A stretch of 33,770 nucleotides of DNA from Paracoccaceae bacterium (GTDB taxonomy: Bacteria > Pseudomonadota > Alphaproteobacteria > Rhodobacterales > Rhodobacteraceae). The stretch lies in NCBI GenBank assembly GCA_036735505.1, contig DAINOF010000001.1, positions 4,559 to 38,328 of the forward strand, in the 5' to 3' direction. The notes beneath the pieces are model-generated. The model made no database searches. It was not told where the DNA came from and worked only from the letters and a program-made list of their open reading frames with translations. Position numbers and translations under genes: made by a program. This document shows, piece by piece, positions 16,378 to 24,284 of this stretch; position 1 is the first letter of the stretch; every line of letters begins with the position of its first letter.

Positions 16378-18467
16378 CCGAGGCGGGCGTCTTCCGCATC
16401 GTGGTGGCAGGCGAGAGGTCGCGGGGCCTCGTGCGCATGGCGCGCGCCGATCTCGAAGCGCTGGCGCTGCGGTCGGGCGACACGGTCCGCATCGACGGCG
16501 CCCGAAGCACGCATGCGCGCGTGGTCGCCGGACAGGGCCCGGAGGGCACCGTCGTCATGGAGCCGCTCGTGGCCGAGAACGCGGGCCTCGGGCCCGACGG
16601 GGCGGCGCAGGTGACGCCCGCGCGCCTGCCCCGTCTGGACAGCGTGCTCCTGCGGATCGAGACCGGGCATGCCCCGGCCCCGGCGGATCTTTCGGACGCC
16701 CTCTTCGACATGACCCTCACGCAGGGCGACCGGATCCGGCTCGTCCTGCCTGGCGGCCGCGCCGCCGAGGCGTCGGTCGTCGCGGCGGCCCCGCCCGGCG
16801 GCGGCCTGTTCGGCGAGGGCTCCGTCGTGACGCTCGAGGCCGCACCGGCGACGGCGCCCGCCTTCGACGGCGTGGGCGGCCTTCAGGAGCAGATCGCGCG
16901 TGTCGAGGAGATGATCAGCACCCCGTTGCTCCGGCCCGAACTCTACGAGCGGCTCGGGATCTCGCCGCCGCGCGGCATCCTGTTCTGCGGCCCGCCCGGA
17001 TCGGGCAAGACGCTTCTCGCCCGTGCCGTCGCGCGCCGCACCGAGGCAGCGTTCTTCCACATCGACGGCCCCGAAATCATCTCGAAGCACTACGGCGACA
17101 GCGAAGAGGCGCTGCGCCGCGTCTTTGACGCCGCTGTAAAGCGCGCGCCCTCCATCGTCTTCATCGACGAACTCGACGCCATCGCGCCGCGCCGCGACGC
17201 GCTGTCGAGCGAAAAACAGGTCGAGCGCCGCGTCGTGGCGCAGCTCCTGACCCTTCTCGACGGGATCGAGGACCGGGGCCGGGTGGTGGTCATGGCTGCC
17301 ACGAACCTGCCCGACAGCCTCGATCCGGCGCTCCGCCGTCCGGGCCGGTTCGACCGCGAGATCGTGTTCCGCCCGCCGACGGAGGCGCAGCGGCGCGACA
17401 TCCTGCGCATTCAGCTCGACCGCGCACCGCTCGACGCCGATGCCGATCTCGACTCGGTTGCGGCCGCGACGCATGGCTACGTCGGCGCCGATCTCGCCGC
17501 CCTGGCGCGGGAGGCAGCGGTGGCGGCGCTCACCCGCACCGTCGCCGAGGCGGGCGGCGAAGACCGCGTGCGGCTCGAGGACCTGAGGATCACCCGTGCA
17601 GACCTGGCGCGGGGGCTCGCGGCGACCGGGCCCAGCGCGCTGCGCGGCGCGACGCAGGATGCGGTTCCGGTGACCTGGGACGACGTGGCCGGCGCGGATG
17701 CGGCGCGCGAGGCGCTGCAGCAGGCGGTGATCTGGCCCCAGCGGCATCCTGCCCTCCTCGCCGCACTCGGCGTCCGCCCGGCGCGGGGCGTGCTGCTCGC
17801 CGGCCCGCCCGGCTGCGGCAAGACGCTCGCGGCACGCGCCCTCGCAACCGAGAGCCGGATGAACTTCCTTCACGTGCGCCCGCCGACCCTCCTGTCGCGA
17901 TATCTGGGCGAGGCCGAGCGCGCGGTCGCCGAGCTCTTCGAGCGCGCCCGCGCCACGGCGCCGGCGCTCATCTTCTTCGACGAGTTCGACGCGCTGGCGC
18001 CGCGTCGCACCGGGCGCGACCCCACGCTCGACCGCATCGTCGCGCAGCTCCTGACCGAGTTCGACGGCCTTGCCGGTCACCCCGGCGTCGTGGTCCTCGC
18101 CGCGACGAACCGACCCGCCGCGATCGACCAGGCCCTGACCCGGCCGGGCCGGTTCGATGTCGTCGTCCGGTTCGCCCTTCCCGACGCGGCCGCGCGGCAG
18201 GCGATCCTTGCCGCGCATCTGAAGGGCCGCGCGGCGAGTGCGGACGTCGACACCGCTGTGCTCGCCGCGGCGACGCCGGACTTCTCGGGCGCCGATCTCG
18301 CGGCGCTTGTCGACGAGGCCGCGCGCGGGGCTCTCGCCAGCGCGCTCGCCGGCGGCGCGGGCGAGATCCGATCGCTCGGCCGGGACGATCTCGAGGCCGC
18401 GCTGCGCCGGATGCTCGAGGGGCGCGCGGTGCGCCGGGACGACTACATAGCGGAGGTCACCGAATGA
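16374..18467 (+). CDS. Cdc48/p97-like tandem AAA+ ATPase (N-domain, D1, D2)
   Basis: N-terminal substrate-domain-like VFRIVVAGERSRGLVRMARADLEALALRSGDTVRIDG. D1 has GPPGSGKTLLARAVA and IVFIDELDA. D2 has GPPGCGKTLAARALA and LIFFDEFDA. RPGRFD arginine-finger regions are present in both. ATGA overlaps with gvpG (16374) and the next gvpF/L (18464). Confidence 0.9.
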   Translation: MTEAGVFRIVVAGERSRGLVRMARADLEALALRSGDTVRIDGARSTHARVVAGQGPEGTVVMEPLVAENAGLGPDGAAQVTPARLPRLDSVLLRIETGHAPAPADLSDALFDMTLTQGDRIRLVLPGGRAAEASVVAAAPPGGGLFGEGSVVTLEAAPATAPAFDGVGGLQEQIARVEEMISTPLLRPELYERLGISPPRGILFCGPPGSGKTLLARAVARRTEAAFFHIDGPEIISKHYGDSEEALRRVFDAAVKRAPSIVFIDELDAIAPRRDALSSEKQVERRVVAQLLTLLDGIEDRGRVVVMAATNLPDSLDPALRRPGRFDREIVFRPPTEAQRRDILRIQLDRAPLDADADLDSVAAATHGYVGADLAALAREAAVAALTRTVAEAGGEDRVRLEDLRITRADLARGLAATGPSALRGATQDAVPVTWDDVAGADAAREALQQAVIWPQRHPALLAALGVRPARGVLLAGPPGCGKTLAARALATESRMNFLHVRPPTLLSRYLGEAERAVAELFERARATAPALIFFDEFDALAPRRTGRDPTLDRIVAQLLTEFDGLAGHPGVVVLAATNRPAAIDQALTRPGRFDVVVRFALPDAAARQAILAAHLKGRAASADVDTAVLAAATPDFSGADLAALVDEAARGALASALAGGAGEIRSLGRDDLEAALRRMLEGRAVRRDDYIAEVTE

Positions 18468-19366
18468 TGCGGCGCGAACTCGTGGCCATCCTTCCCGGCG
18501 AGGGTCCGCCGACCCCTCCCGAGGGATGCACCGTCGTCCGCGCGGCGAAACATGCCGCGGTGCTTCGGTGGAGCGGTCTCCTGCCGGCACCACGCAAGGC
18601 CGACGCACTGCGCGCCGCGGCGGCACGGGCGCGCATTCTCGAGACGCTGATGACCTCGGGCACGGTGCTGCCGGTCCTGCCCGGCCAGCGCATCCGCGCG
18701 TCGGAGGCCGAGCGGCTCGTGACGGCGAACCTTCCCGTGCTCGAACGACTGGCGTCCCAGTTCGCAGGACGCCGGCAGTTCCAGATCACGCTGCGCTGGG
18801 ACGTGACGCGGGCCGTCGCCCGGTTCGGCGCTTCGGAGGGCGCGGCGGCCGCAGACGCCGCGGGTCCAGCCATCGCCGCGCGCCTGCGGGAGCGCGTGGC
18901 GCAGGCGCTCGAGGACACCGGTGCCGAGGTGATGATGCTCCCCGTGGCCGAAGATGTGGTGGCCAACGCGGTCGTGCTTGTCGACGCGGCGTCGGAACCG
19001 CTGCTCGACGCGGCGCTCGCCGAGATCGACGGTCTGTGGACCGAGGGGTTCCGCATCAGGATGATCGGCCCCTATCCGCCGGTCAGCTTCGCCTCGCTCG
19101 TCTTCGACCGGATGGACCGGCGTCAGATCGAGGAGGCGCAGGCGGCCTTCGGCCTCGACCCTGGCTTCTCCGAAACCGCGCTGCGGCAGGCCCGGCGCGA
19201 GGTCATCATGCAGGCGGGGGCGGACCGGCACGAGGCGCTGCGCCGGCAGGCCGACCTGCTCGCCTGCGTGGCACGGCTTGGAGGGGCCTGCGCCCGGGTC
19301 CACGTCGCCCGCGTCTGGAGCGAAGGACTGTCCTCGGCCACGGCCGCCCGGGCGCGCGCAGCATGA
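18464..19366 (+). CDS. gas vesicle protein GvpF/GvpL family (copy 2)
   Basis: RILETLMTSGTVLPVLPG, FRIRMIGPYPPVSFA, and length and layout typical of GvpL. Confidence 0.75.
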   Translation: MMRRELVAILPGEGPPTPPEGCTVVRAAKHAAVLRWSGLLPAPRKADALRAAAARARILETLMTSGTVLPVLPGQRIRASEAERLVTANLPVLERLASQFAGRRQFQITLRWDVTRAVARFGASEGAAAADAAGPAIAARLRERVAQALEDTGAEVMMLPVAEDVVANAVVLVDAASEPLLDAALAEIDGLWTEGFRIRMIGPYPPVSFASLVFDRMDRRQIEEAQAAFGLDPGFSETALRQARREVIMQAGADRHEALRRQADLLACVARLGGACARVHVARVWSEGLSSATAARARAA

Positions 19367-20064
19367 CGGGGCGCCCGCTCCTCCTCCTCGGCCTCGTGCC
19401 CGCCGGATCCCATCCCGCGGCGCAGGTGCCGCCCCACCGCCGCATCGCCTGCGAGCCGGACCTCGTCGCGATCGCCCTCGACGCGCCGGAGGATCCGGGG
19501 GACAACCCCGAAGAGGCGGCGCTGGGACTCGCCGTCCTCCAGGCCACGATCCTGTCCGTCTATGCGGAAGCGGGCGACGTCCTGCCCGTCGCGCTCGGCG
19601 CCGCGTTCTCGGATCCCCGCGCGCTCATCGCGCATCTGATGCTCCATGCGGACCGCATCGCGGCCGAACGCGGCGCGCTCGCGGGATCGGCCGAATATGT
19701 CCTCGCGATCGACCGGCGCGCGCCGCCCCCGCGGGCGGTCCCCGCGTCCGGACCCTCCGGCTACCTCCGGCAGCGCCTGGCCGAGCGCAACGTCCGCCGC
19801 GACCTCGAGGACGACAGGCGCGCCTTCGCCGCCACGGCGCTCGCGGCGCTTCGGTCCGCGGGTGCGGAGCTTGCGCTGCCGCGGACGCCGGCGCCGACCG
19901 TCCTCCTCTCGGTTTCGGCGCTCCTGCCGCGTCCGGCGGTCGCGAAGGTCGCGGACGCACTGGCCGACATGGCGACCAAGGCGGCAGCCCTCGGGCTCGC
20001 CATGCGCATGATCGGGCCCTGCGCCCCGTTCAGTTTCGTGTCGTCGGATCGACCCGATGCATGA
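19363..20064 (+). CDS. gas vesicle protein GvpF/GvpL family (copy 3)
   Basis: LQATILSVYAEAGDVLPVALGAAF and LAMRMIGPCAPFSFV. ATGA overlap at 19363. Confidence 0.7.
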   Translation: MTGRPLLLLGLVPAGSHPAAQVPPHRRIACEPDLVAIALDAPEDPGDNPEEAALGLAVLQATILSVYAEAGDVLPVALGAAFSDPRALIAHLMLHADRIAAERGALAGSAEYVLAIDRRAPPPRAVPASGPSGYLRQRLAERNVRRDLEDDRRAFAATALAALRSAGAELALPRTPAPTVLLSVSALLPRPAVAKVADALADMATKAAALGLAMRMIGPCAPFSFVSSDRPDA

Positions 20065-20278
20065 CCGCGCCGGCGAGATCCGCATCGCCTCGGCGGAAGA
20101 CGCGCTGCAGAGCCGGGAAGGCCGTCTTGTCGATCTGGTCGATTCGCTTCTCGACAAGGGCGTCTGCCTGAGGGGGGAACTCTGGCTGTCGGTGGCGGAT
20201 GTGGACCTCGTCTTCGTCGGGCTTGATCTCGTCCTCGGCAGCCATGACACGATCTCGCGCACAGGCCGGCGCGCATGA
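20057..20278 (+). CDS. GvpA-family small protein (GvpS/GvpM-like)
   Basis: LVDLVDSLLDKGVCLRGELWLSVADVDLVFVGLDLVL matches the GvpA-family core (LxDxLDKGxxxxGxxxxSxxxxxLxxxxL). 8-nt overlap with the upstream gene. Confidence 0.7.
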   Translation: MHDRAGEIRIASAEDALQSREGRLVDLVDSLLDKGVCLRGELWLSVADVDLVFVGLDLVLGSHDTISRTGRRA

Positions 20279-20919
20279 GGGCGCTGGGCTGGACACTGCC
20301 AGGCGAAGCGGCACCCGATGGTCTTGCAACGGTCGATCTCGACACCTGCGCGGTGGTCGTGGCCGCCGATGCGGCCGGCGCGCAACCGCGGGACCTGATG
20401 CGGCTGCAGATCGCTTGCGCGCGCCACCTCCCTGCCTTCCTGCCGCTCGCGCCGAACGGCGTCACGACGCTCGCCGCGGCGCTCGACACGGGCCGCACCC
20501 GCAGCGCGGCGATCGCCGCCCGCCTCGAGGCACTGCGGGGTCTCGTGCAGGTCTCGCTGCGCGCCGACTGGTCCGCCCCGTCCGCGGACGGATATCCCTC
20601 GCGCCCCACGGCCACGCCCGGCCGGGGCTGGCTCGCTGCGCGCGCGGAGGTCCGGCGCCGGAACGAGGAGCAGAGGGTTCGCATCGCAGCAAGCCTTCGT
20701 GCCGTCCTCGCAGCGCATGCGACCCGGGGGCTCGTCGAACGGAACGCGCCCACCATCCTGCGGCTCGACGCGCTCATGCCGGCTGAAGCGGCCACGCCCG
20801 TGGACGGGCTGGCCGACGCGCTGGCCGGGCGCACGGACTTGCGCGACGCGCGGCTGGTGCTGACGGGGCCCTGGCCAGCGCTCGCCTTCGCGGATCTGCC
20901 GGAGGCCGGGCCATGCTGA
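20275..20919 (+). CDS. divergent GvpF/GvpL family protein (copy 4)
   Basis: The C-terminal ARLVLTGPWPALAFADL matches the GPWPPYSF motif. Overall size and position fit. ATGA overlap at 20275. Confidence 0.6.
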   Translation: MRALGWTLPGEAAPDGLATVDLDTCAVVVAADAAGAQPRDLMRLQIACARHLPAFLPLAPNGVTTLAAALDTGRTRSAAIAARLEALRGLVQVSLRADWSAPSADGYPSRPTATPGRGWLAARAEVRRRNEEQRVRIAASLRAVLAAHATRGLVERNAPTILRLDALMPAEAATPVDGLADALAGRTDLRDARLVLTGPWPALAFADLPEAGPC

Positions 20920-21248
20920 ACGCTGACGACCCTCTCGCCGTGGACCCGGAAGATATCCGGGAGGCGCTGGCGGCGATCACCCGGAGCGGCCGGGTCAGGA
21001 TCGATCCCGACCGGGTCGAGCAGGACCTCGCCCGCCTCGTGCTGGGACTGGTCGAGTTCCTGCGACAGCTGATGGAGCTTCAGGCTATCCGCCGGATGGA
21101 GAACGGCACGCTGACGCCCGAACAGGAAGAACAGGTCGGAATGACGCTCATGCGCGCCGAGGGTGCGATCCATGATCTCGCCGGCAAGTTCGGCCTCTCG
21201 CCCGGCGATCTCGCGCTCGATCTCGGCCCGCTCGGCCGCACGATCTGA
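20913..21248 (+). CDS. gvpK: gas vesicle protein GvpK
   Basis: RIDPDRVEQDLARLVLGLVEFLRQLMELQAIRRMENGTLTPEQEEQVGMTLMRAEGAIHDL...LDLGPLG is the canonical GvpK pattern. Confidence 0.9.
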   Translation: MLNADDPLAVDPEDIREALAAITRSGRVRIDPDRVEQDLARLVLGLVEFLRQLMELQAIRRMENGTLTPEQEEQVGMTLMRAEGAIHDLAGKFGLSPGDLALDLGPLGRTI

Positions 21249-21306
21249 GCGCGGGAAAGGTGGCGGTAACCTTTGTTGCCTTACGGTCCGACGTGGAGGT
21301 TGCGAC

Positions 21307-22881
21307 GTGCCCCGGGATGACGCTCGCCAGAAGGCGGTCTTCGAACTCGCCGATCGGATCGGTCTCGCCGACGCCAACGCGGTGGTCGACGGCACTCTGC
21401 GTCTCGCCCTGTCGCCTGCGGCGCGGGCGCGCTGCGCGCGGTCGCAGGACCGGCTGGCGCGGATCATCGCGGAGGGTCGGCATGTCTATGGCCTGACGAC
21501 CGGCTTCGGTCCGCTCGCGAACCGGCTGATCGGGCCCGGACAGGGTGTAGAGCTCCAGCAGAACCTGATCCATCATCTGGCGAGCGGCCTCGGCCCCCCT
21601 CTGTCCTGGCCCGAGGCCCGCGCGGTCGTTCTGTCGCGGCTCGTGTCGATCTCCCGCGGCGCCTCGGGGGCCTCGTCCGAGACCATCGCGGCGCTCGAGG
21701 TCCTGCTCGCCTCGGATCTCGCCCCTGCCCTGCCATCGCGTGGCACGGTCGGCGCCTCCGGCGATCTCACGCCGCTCGCGCATCTCGCCCTCTGCCTTCA
21801 GGGCCGCGGGTCGTTCCTGACGCGGGACGGGGCGGCTGTGCCTGGCACCGCGGCGCTCGCGCAACTCGGGCTGCAGCCTCTGTCGCTCGCAGCGCGCGAC
21901 GGCCTCGCGCTTGTGAACGGAACCTCGGCCATGACCGGGATCGCGCTCCGCAACGCGCAGACCGCCGGGCGCAGCGCCGGCTGGGCGCTCGCCCTGACGG
22001 CAGCGGCAGCCGAGTGCCTCGCCGCGCGGGCGGAGGCGTGGAGCGCCGAGGTCTCAAGTCTGCGACCGCATCCGGGACAGGTCCGGGCGGCCGCCATCCT
22101 GCGCGACCGGATCGCGGGCAGCGAACGGGTCGAGAAGCGCCCCCTCGCCCTGCGTCGGCTCGGCGTGGACGGTGTCGCGGTCGAGGCGACGGCCGGGCAG
22201 GACGCCTATTCGCTGCGCTGTGTCCCGCAGGTCGTCGGCGCCTTCCTCGATCAGCTCACCTGGCACGATCAGGTGGTCGAGACAGAGCTGAATGCGGTGA
22301 CCGACAATCCCGTCCTGCCTGAAGATGGCGAAGCGCCGGCCCTGCACGGGGGCAACTTCATGGGCCAGCATGTGGCCCAGGTCTCGGACGGGCTGAGCGT
22401 CGCGGCGACGGTGCTCGGGGGACTCGCCGAGCGCCAGATCGCCCGGCTCACGGACGAGAAGCTGAACGCGGGCCTGCCGGCCTTTCTCCATGGCGGCGCG
22501 GCAGGTCTCAATTCGGGGTTCATGGGCGCGCAGGTCACGGCGACGGCGATCGTGGCGGAGATGCGCGCGACCGGGGCGGCCTCGATCCATTCCGTGTCGA
22601 CGAACGGCGCGAATCAGGATGTCGTCTCGCTGGGGACGATCGCCGCAAGGCTCGCCGCGGCGCGCCTCAGGAACGTCGCCGAGATTCACGCGATCCTCGC
22701 GCTCTGCGTGGCGCAGGCGATGGAGCACCGCGGCGGACCGGAGTGCCGGGGCTTCTCGCCTGCCGCGCGGGCCGTCCACGCGGCAGTACGGACTGTGAGC
22801 CCTTCACTCGTGACGGACCGTCCGCTAGCGGAGGAGATCGAGATCATGACGCAGGTCGTGGCCTCGGCACCTCCCCCGTAA
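21307..22881 (+). CDS. tal: tyrosine ammonia-lyase (MIO-dependent aromatic amino-acid ammonia-lyase)
   Basis: GGAGG at 21295-21299, then GTG at 21307. GTVGASGDLTPLAH is the MIO-forming Ala-Ser-Gly. NLIHHLASGLG carries the His-Leu selectivity pair (H90/L91, codons 21574-21579) that I recall for Rhodobacter TAL. Near-colinear with the R. sphaeroides TAL sequence as I remember it (YGLTTGFGPLANRLI, QDAYSLRC, NAVTDNPV, ALHGGNFMGQHVA, NQDVVSLGTIAARL). Confidence 0.9.
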   Translation: MPRDDARQKAVFELADRIGLADANAVVDGTLRLALSPAARARCARSQDRLARIIAEGRHVYGLTTGFGPLANRLIGPGQGVELQQNLIHHLASGLGPPLSWPEARAVVLSRLVSISRGASGASSETIAALEVLLASDLAPALPSRGTVGASGDLTPLAHLALCLQGRGSFLTRDGAAVPGTAALAQLGLQPLSLAARDGLALVNGTSAMTGIALRNAQTAGRSAGWALALTAAAAECLAARAEAWSAEVSSLRPHPGQVRAAAILRDRIAGSERVEKRPLALRRLGVDGVAVEATAGQDAYSLRCVPQVVGAFLDQLTWHDQVVETELNAVTDNPVLPEDGEAPALHGGNFMGQHVAQVSDGLSVAATVLGGLAERQIARLTDEKLNAGLPAFLHGGAAGLNSGFMGAQVTATAIVAEMRATGAASIHSVSTNGANQDVVSLGTIAARLAAARLRNVAEIHAILALCVAQAMEHRGGPECRGFSPAARAVHAAVRTVSPSLVTDRPLAEEIEIMTQVVASAPPP

Positions 22882-22893
22882 CGGCGCGGCGGA

Positions 22894-23106
22894 TCAGGCC
22901 GACGCGGGATCGACCGTCAGGCCCACGGCCTCGGCATATTTCAGCCAGCTTTCGATGGAGGCCACAACGGCCCTCACCTCGATGGCGATCAGCTCGATCC
23001 CCACCAGCGACACGCGGACGAAGGCGTCGATGACGATGCCCTTGTCCAGGATGCGGTCGACCACTTCCGCGATGGACGCGGACGCAACACTTTTCTCGAT
23101 AGCCAC
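22894..23106 (-). CDS. gvpA: major gas vesicle structural protein GvpA
   Basis: AAGGAGG (complement of 23112-23118), 5 nt spacer, GTG at 23106. The product [64 protein letters not shown] closely matches the consensus GvpA sequence as I recall it. The ORF-track start at 23151 is probably too far upstream. Confidence 0.95.
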   Translation of the reverse strand: MAIEKSVASASIAEVVDRILDKGIVIDAFVRVSLVGIELIAIEVRAVVASIESWLKYAEAVGLTVDPASA

Positions 23107-23227
23107 CACGGCCTCCTTGTACGATGATGCGCACCCTGACTGGATGCGCAAAAGAGGCTAGCTTGAGACGTCCTAAGGTCTCATGAACAAGAGAGATTTG
23201 CGAATACGCCTGCGTCGGGCGCTGGTG
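23107..23227 (-). promoter_or_regulatory. lower-GC gvpA upstream region with repeats (candidate promoter/operator)
   Basis: Direct repeat GATGCGCA at 23126-23133 and 23143-23150, each containing the palindrome TGCGCA. Inverted repeat GAGAC-N8-GTCTC at 23165-23182. Visibly less GC-rich than the flanks. Confidence 0.3.
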
Positions 23228-24190
23228 TCACGCGACGTGCAGGCGCCGATTCTCGGCGACGATCTCGGCCACGGTCATGCGCATGTCGCGCAGCGTTTCC
23301 TCGATCGAGGCGCGGCGTCCGCGCGCATCCTCTTCGAGCGCCCCTGCGAGGAGCAGGGCGAGATGGTCGAGCCGGCCCGCGATCGAGGCGATCTCTGGGG
23401 GCGTCGCGGCGGGTGGTCCGGCCCCGATGGCCCGGGCCAGCGCGCCGATCCGGTCGCCGAGCAGTCCGAGCGAGGTCTCGAGACCGGCAGAGGGGCTGGC
23501 GGCGGAGGGTTCGGCCGGCGGCGGCTGCTCGCCCTTCGCATCCAGCCGGGCCTCGACCGCCTCGAGGCGGGCGGCGAAGGTGCCGAGCGCCAGCACGATC
23601 TCCTGCGCCGCCGCCTCCTGTCGCCCGAGCGTCGTCTGGAGCGCCGCGGCGAAGCCGGCGAAGCTGCGGTGCTGGGCCGTGAGATCGGGCGCGGGTGCGG
23701 GCCGGGTCGCGATCCGCTCGACCGCGGCGACAAGCGCCGCATGCCGCGTCTCGGTGCCGGAGGCCGCGTCCGCGATCGCCCGCTCGAGCCCGTCGAGCCG
23801 CGCCGCCAACGCGTCCAGTCGCCGCTCACCTTCTGAGTCGTCCCGGTCCGTCGGGCGGACCGGGTCGTGCGACAGGTGTTCGACCGCCGCCTCGATGCGG
23901 TCGAGACGGTCGCGCAGGCTGCCCGCGGGCACCCCGCCCGCGTGGATCATCCCGGGTTCGAACTGCTCGATGATGACGAATTCAAGCTGATCGAAGCGCT
24001 CGGCCAGGCGTTCGATCCGCATGTCGAGGTCGGCGGCCTGCCCGGCATCGCCGCGCTCGGCGCCGGCCGCATCCAACGCATCGGAAGGACCGCGCCCGGG
24101 AACGCCGGCGGCCGCGCGCTTGGCGAGGCTGAAGCAGATCGCGGGCGATGTCGCGTCCAAAGCATCGGTGACTGGCGTCTGATCGTTCAT
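23228..24190 (-). CDS. repeat-containing coiled-coil protein, unknown function
   Basis: Likely start MNDQTPV (ATG at 24190). An RL(D/E)xLExx motif recurs at least six times: RIERLAERFDQLEF, RDRLDRIEAAVEHL, RRLDALAARLDGLERAI, AARLEAVEARLDA, GDRIGALARAI, AGRLDHLALLL. The repeats are separated by Pro/Ala linkers. Confidence 0.6.
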   Translation of the reverse strand: MNDQTPVTDALDATSPAICFSLAKRAAAGVPGRGPSDALDAAGAERGDAGQAADLDMRIERLAERFDQLEFVIIEQFEPGMIHAGGVPAGSLRDRLDRIEAAVEHLSHDPVRPTDRDDSEGERRLDALAARLDGLERAIADAASGTETRHAALVAAVERIATRPAPAPDLTAQHRSFAGFAAALQTTLGRQEAAAQEIVLALGTFAARLEAVEARLDAKGEQPPPAEPSAASPSAGLETSLGLLGDRIGALARAIGAGPPAATPPEIASIAGRLDHLALLLAGALEEDARGRRASIEETLRDMRMTVAEIVAENRRLHVA

Positions 24191-24284
24191 GTTGCACTCC
24201 CGCTCATGAACTCCAGCTTTGCAGCCTGCCATGACTTCCTTAAGCGGGTGTTGAGGGCCGCGACCATCCCGGGCATCGGCGGCC

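Noticed and set aside
16326-18626. 766-aa ORF on the - strand
   Set aside because: It is antisense to the Cdc48-like AAA+ gene, whose Walker A/B motifs are unambiguous. The product is low-complexity and Arg-rich, so it is a shadow ORF.
19123-21467. Two long - strand ORFs (531 aa and 568 aa) across the gvpF/L, gvpS-like and gvpK region
   Set aside because: They are antisense to a chain of translationally coupled gvp genes with family motifs. Their products are Arg/Ala/Ser-rich with no domains.
22894-23151. 85-aa version of gvpA starting at 23151
   Set aside because: The conserved GvpA N-terminus begins at VAIEKS. AAGGAGG lies 5 nt upstream of the GTG at 23106, inside the longer frame.
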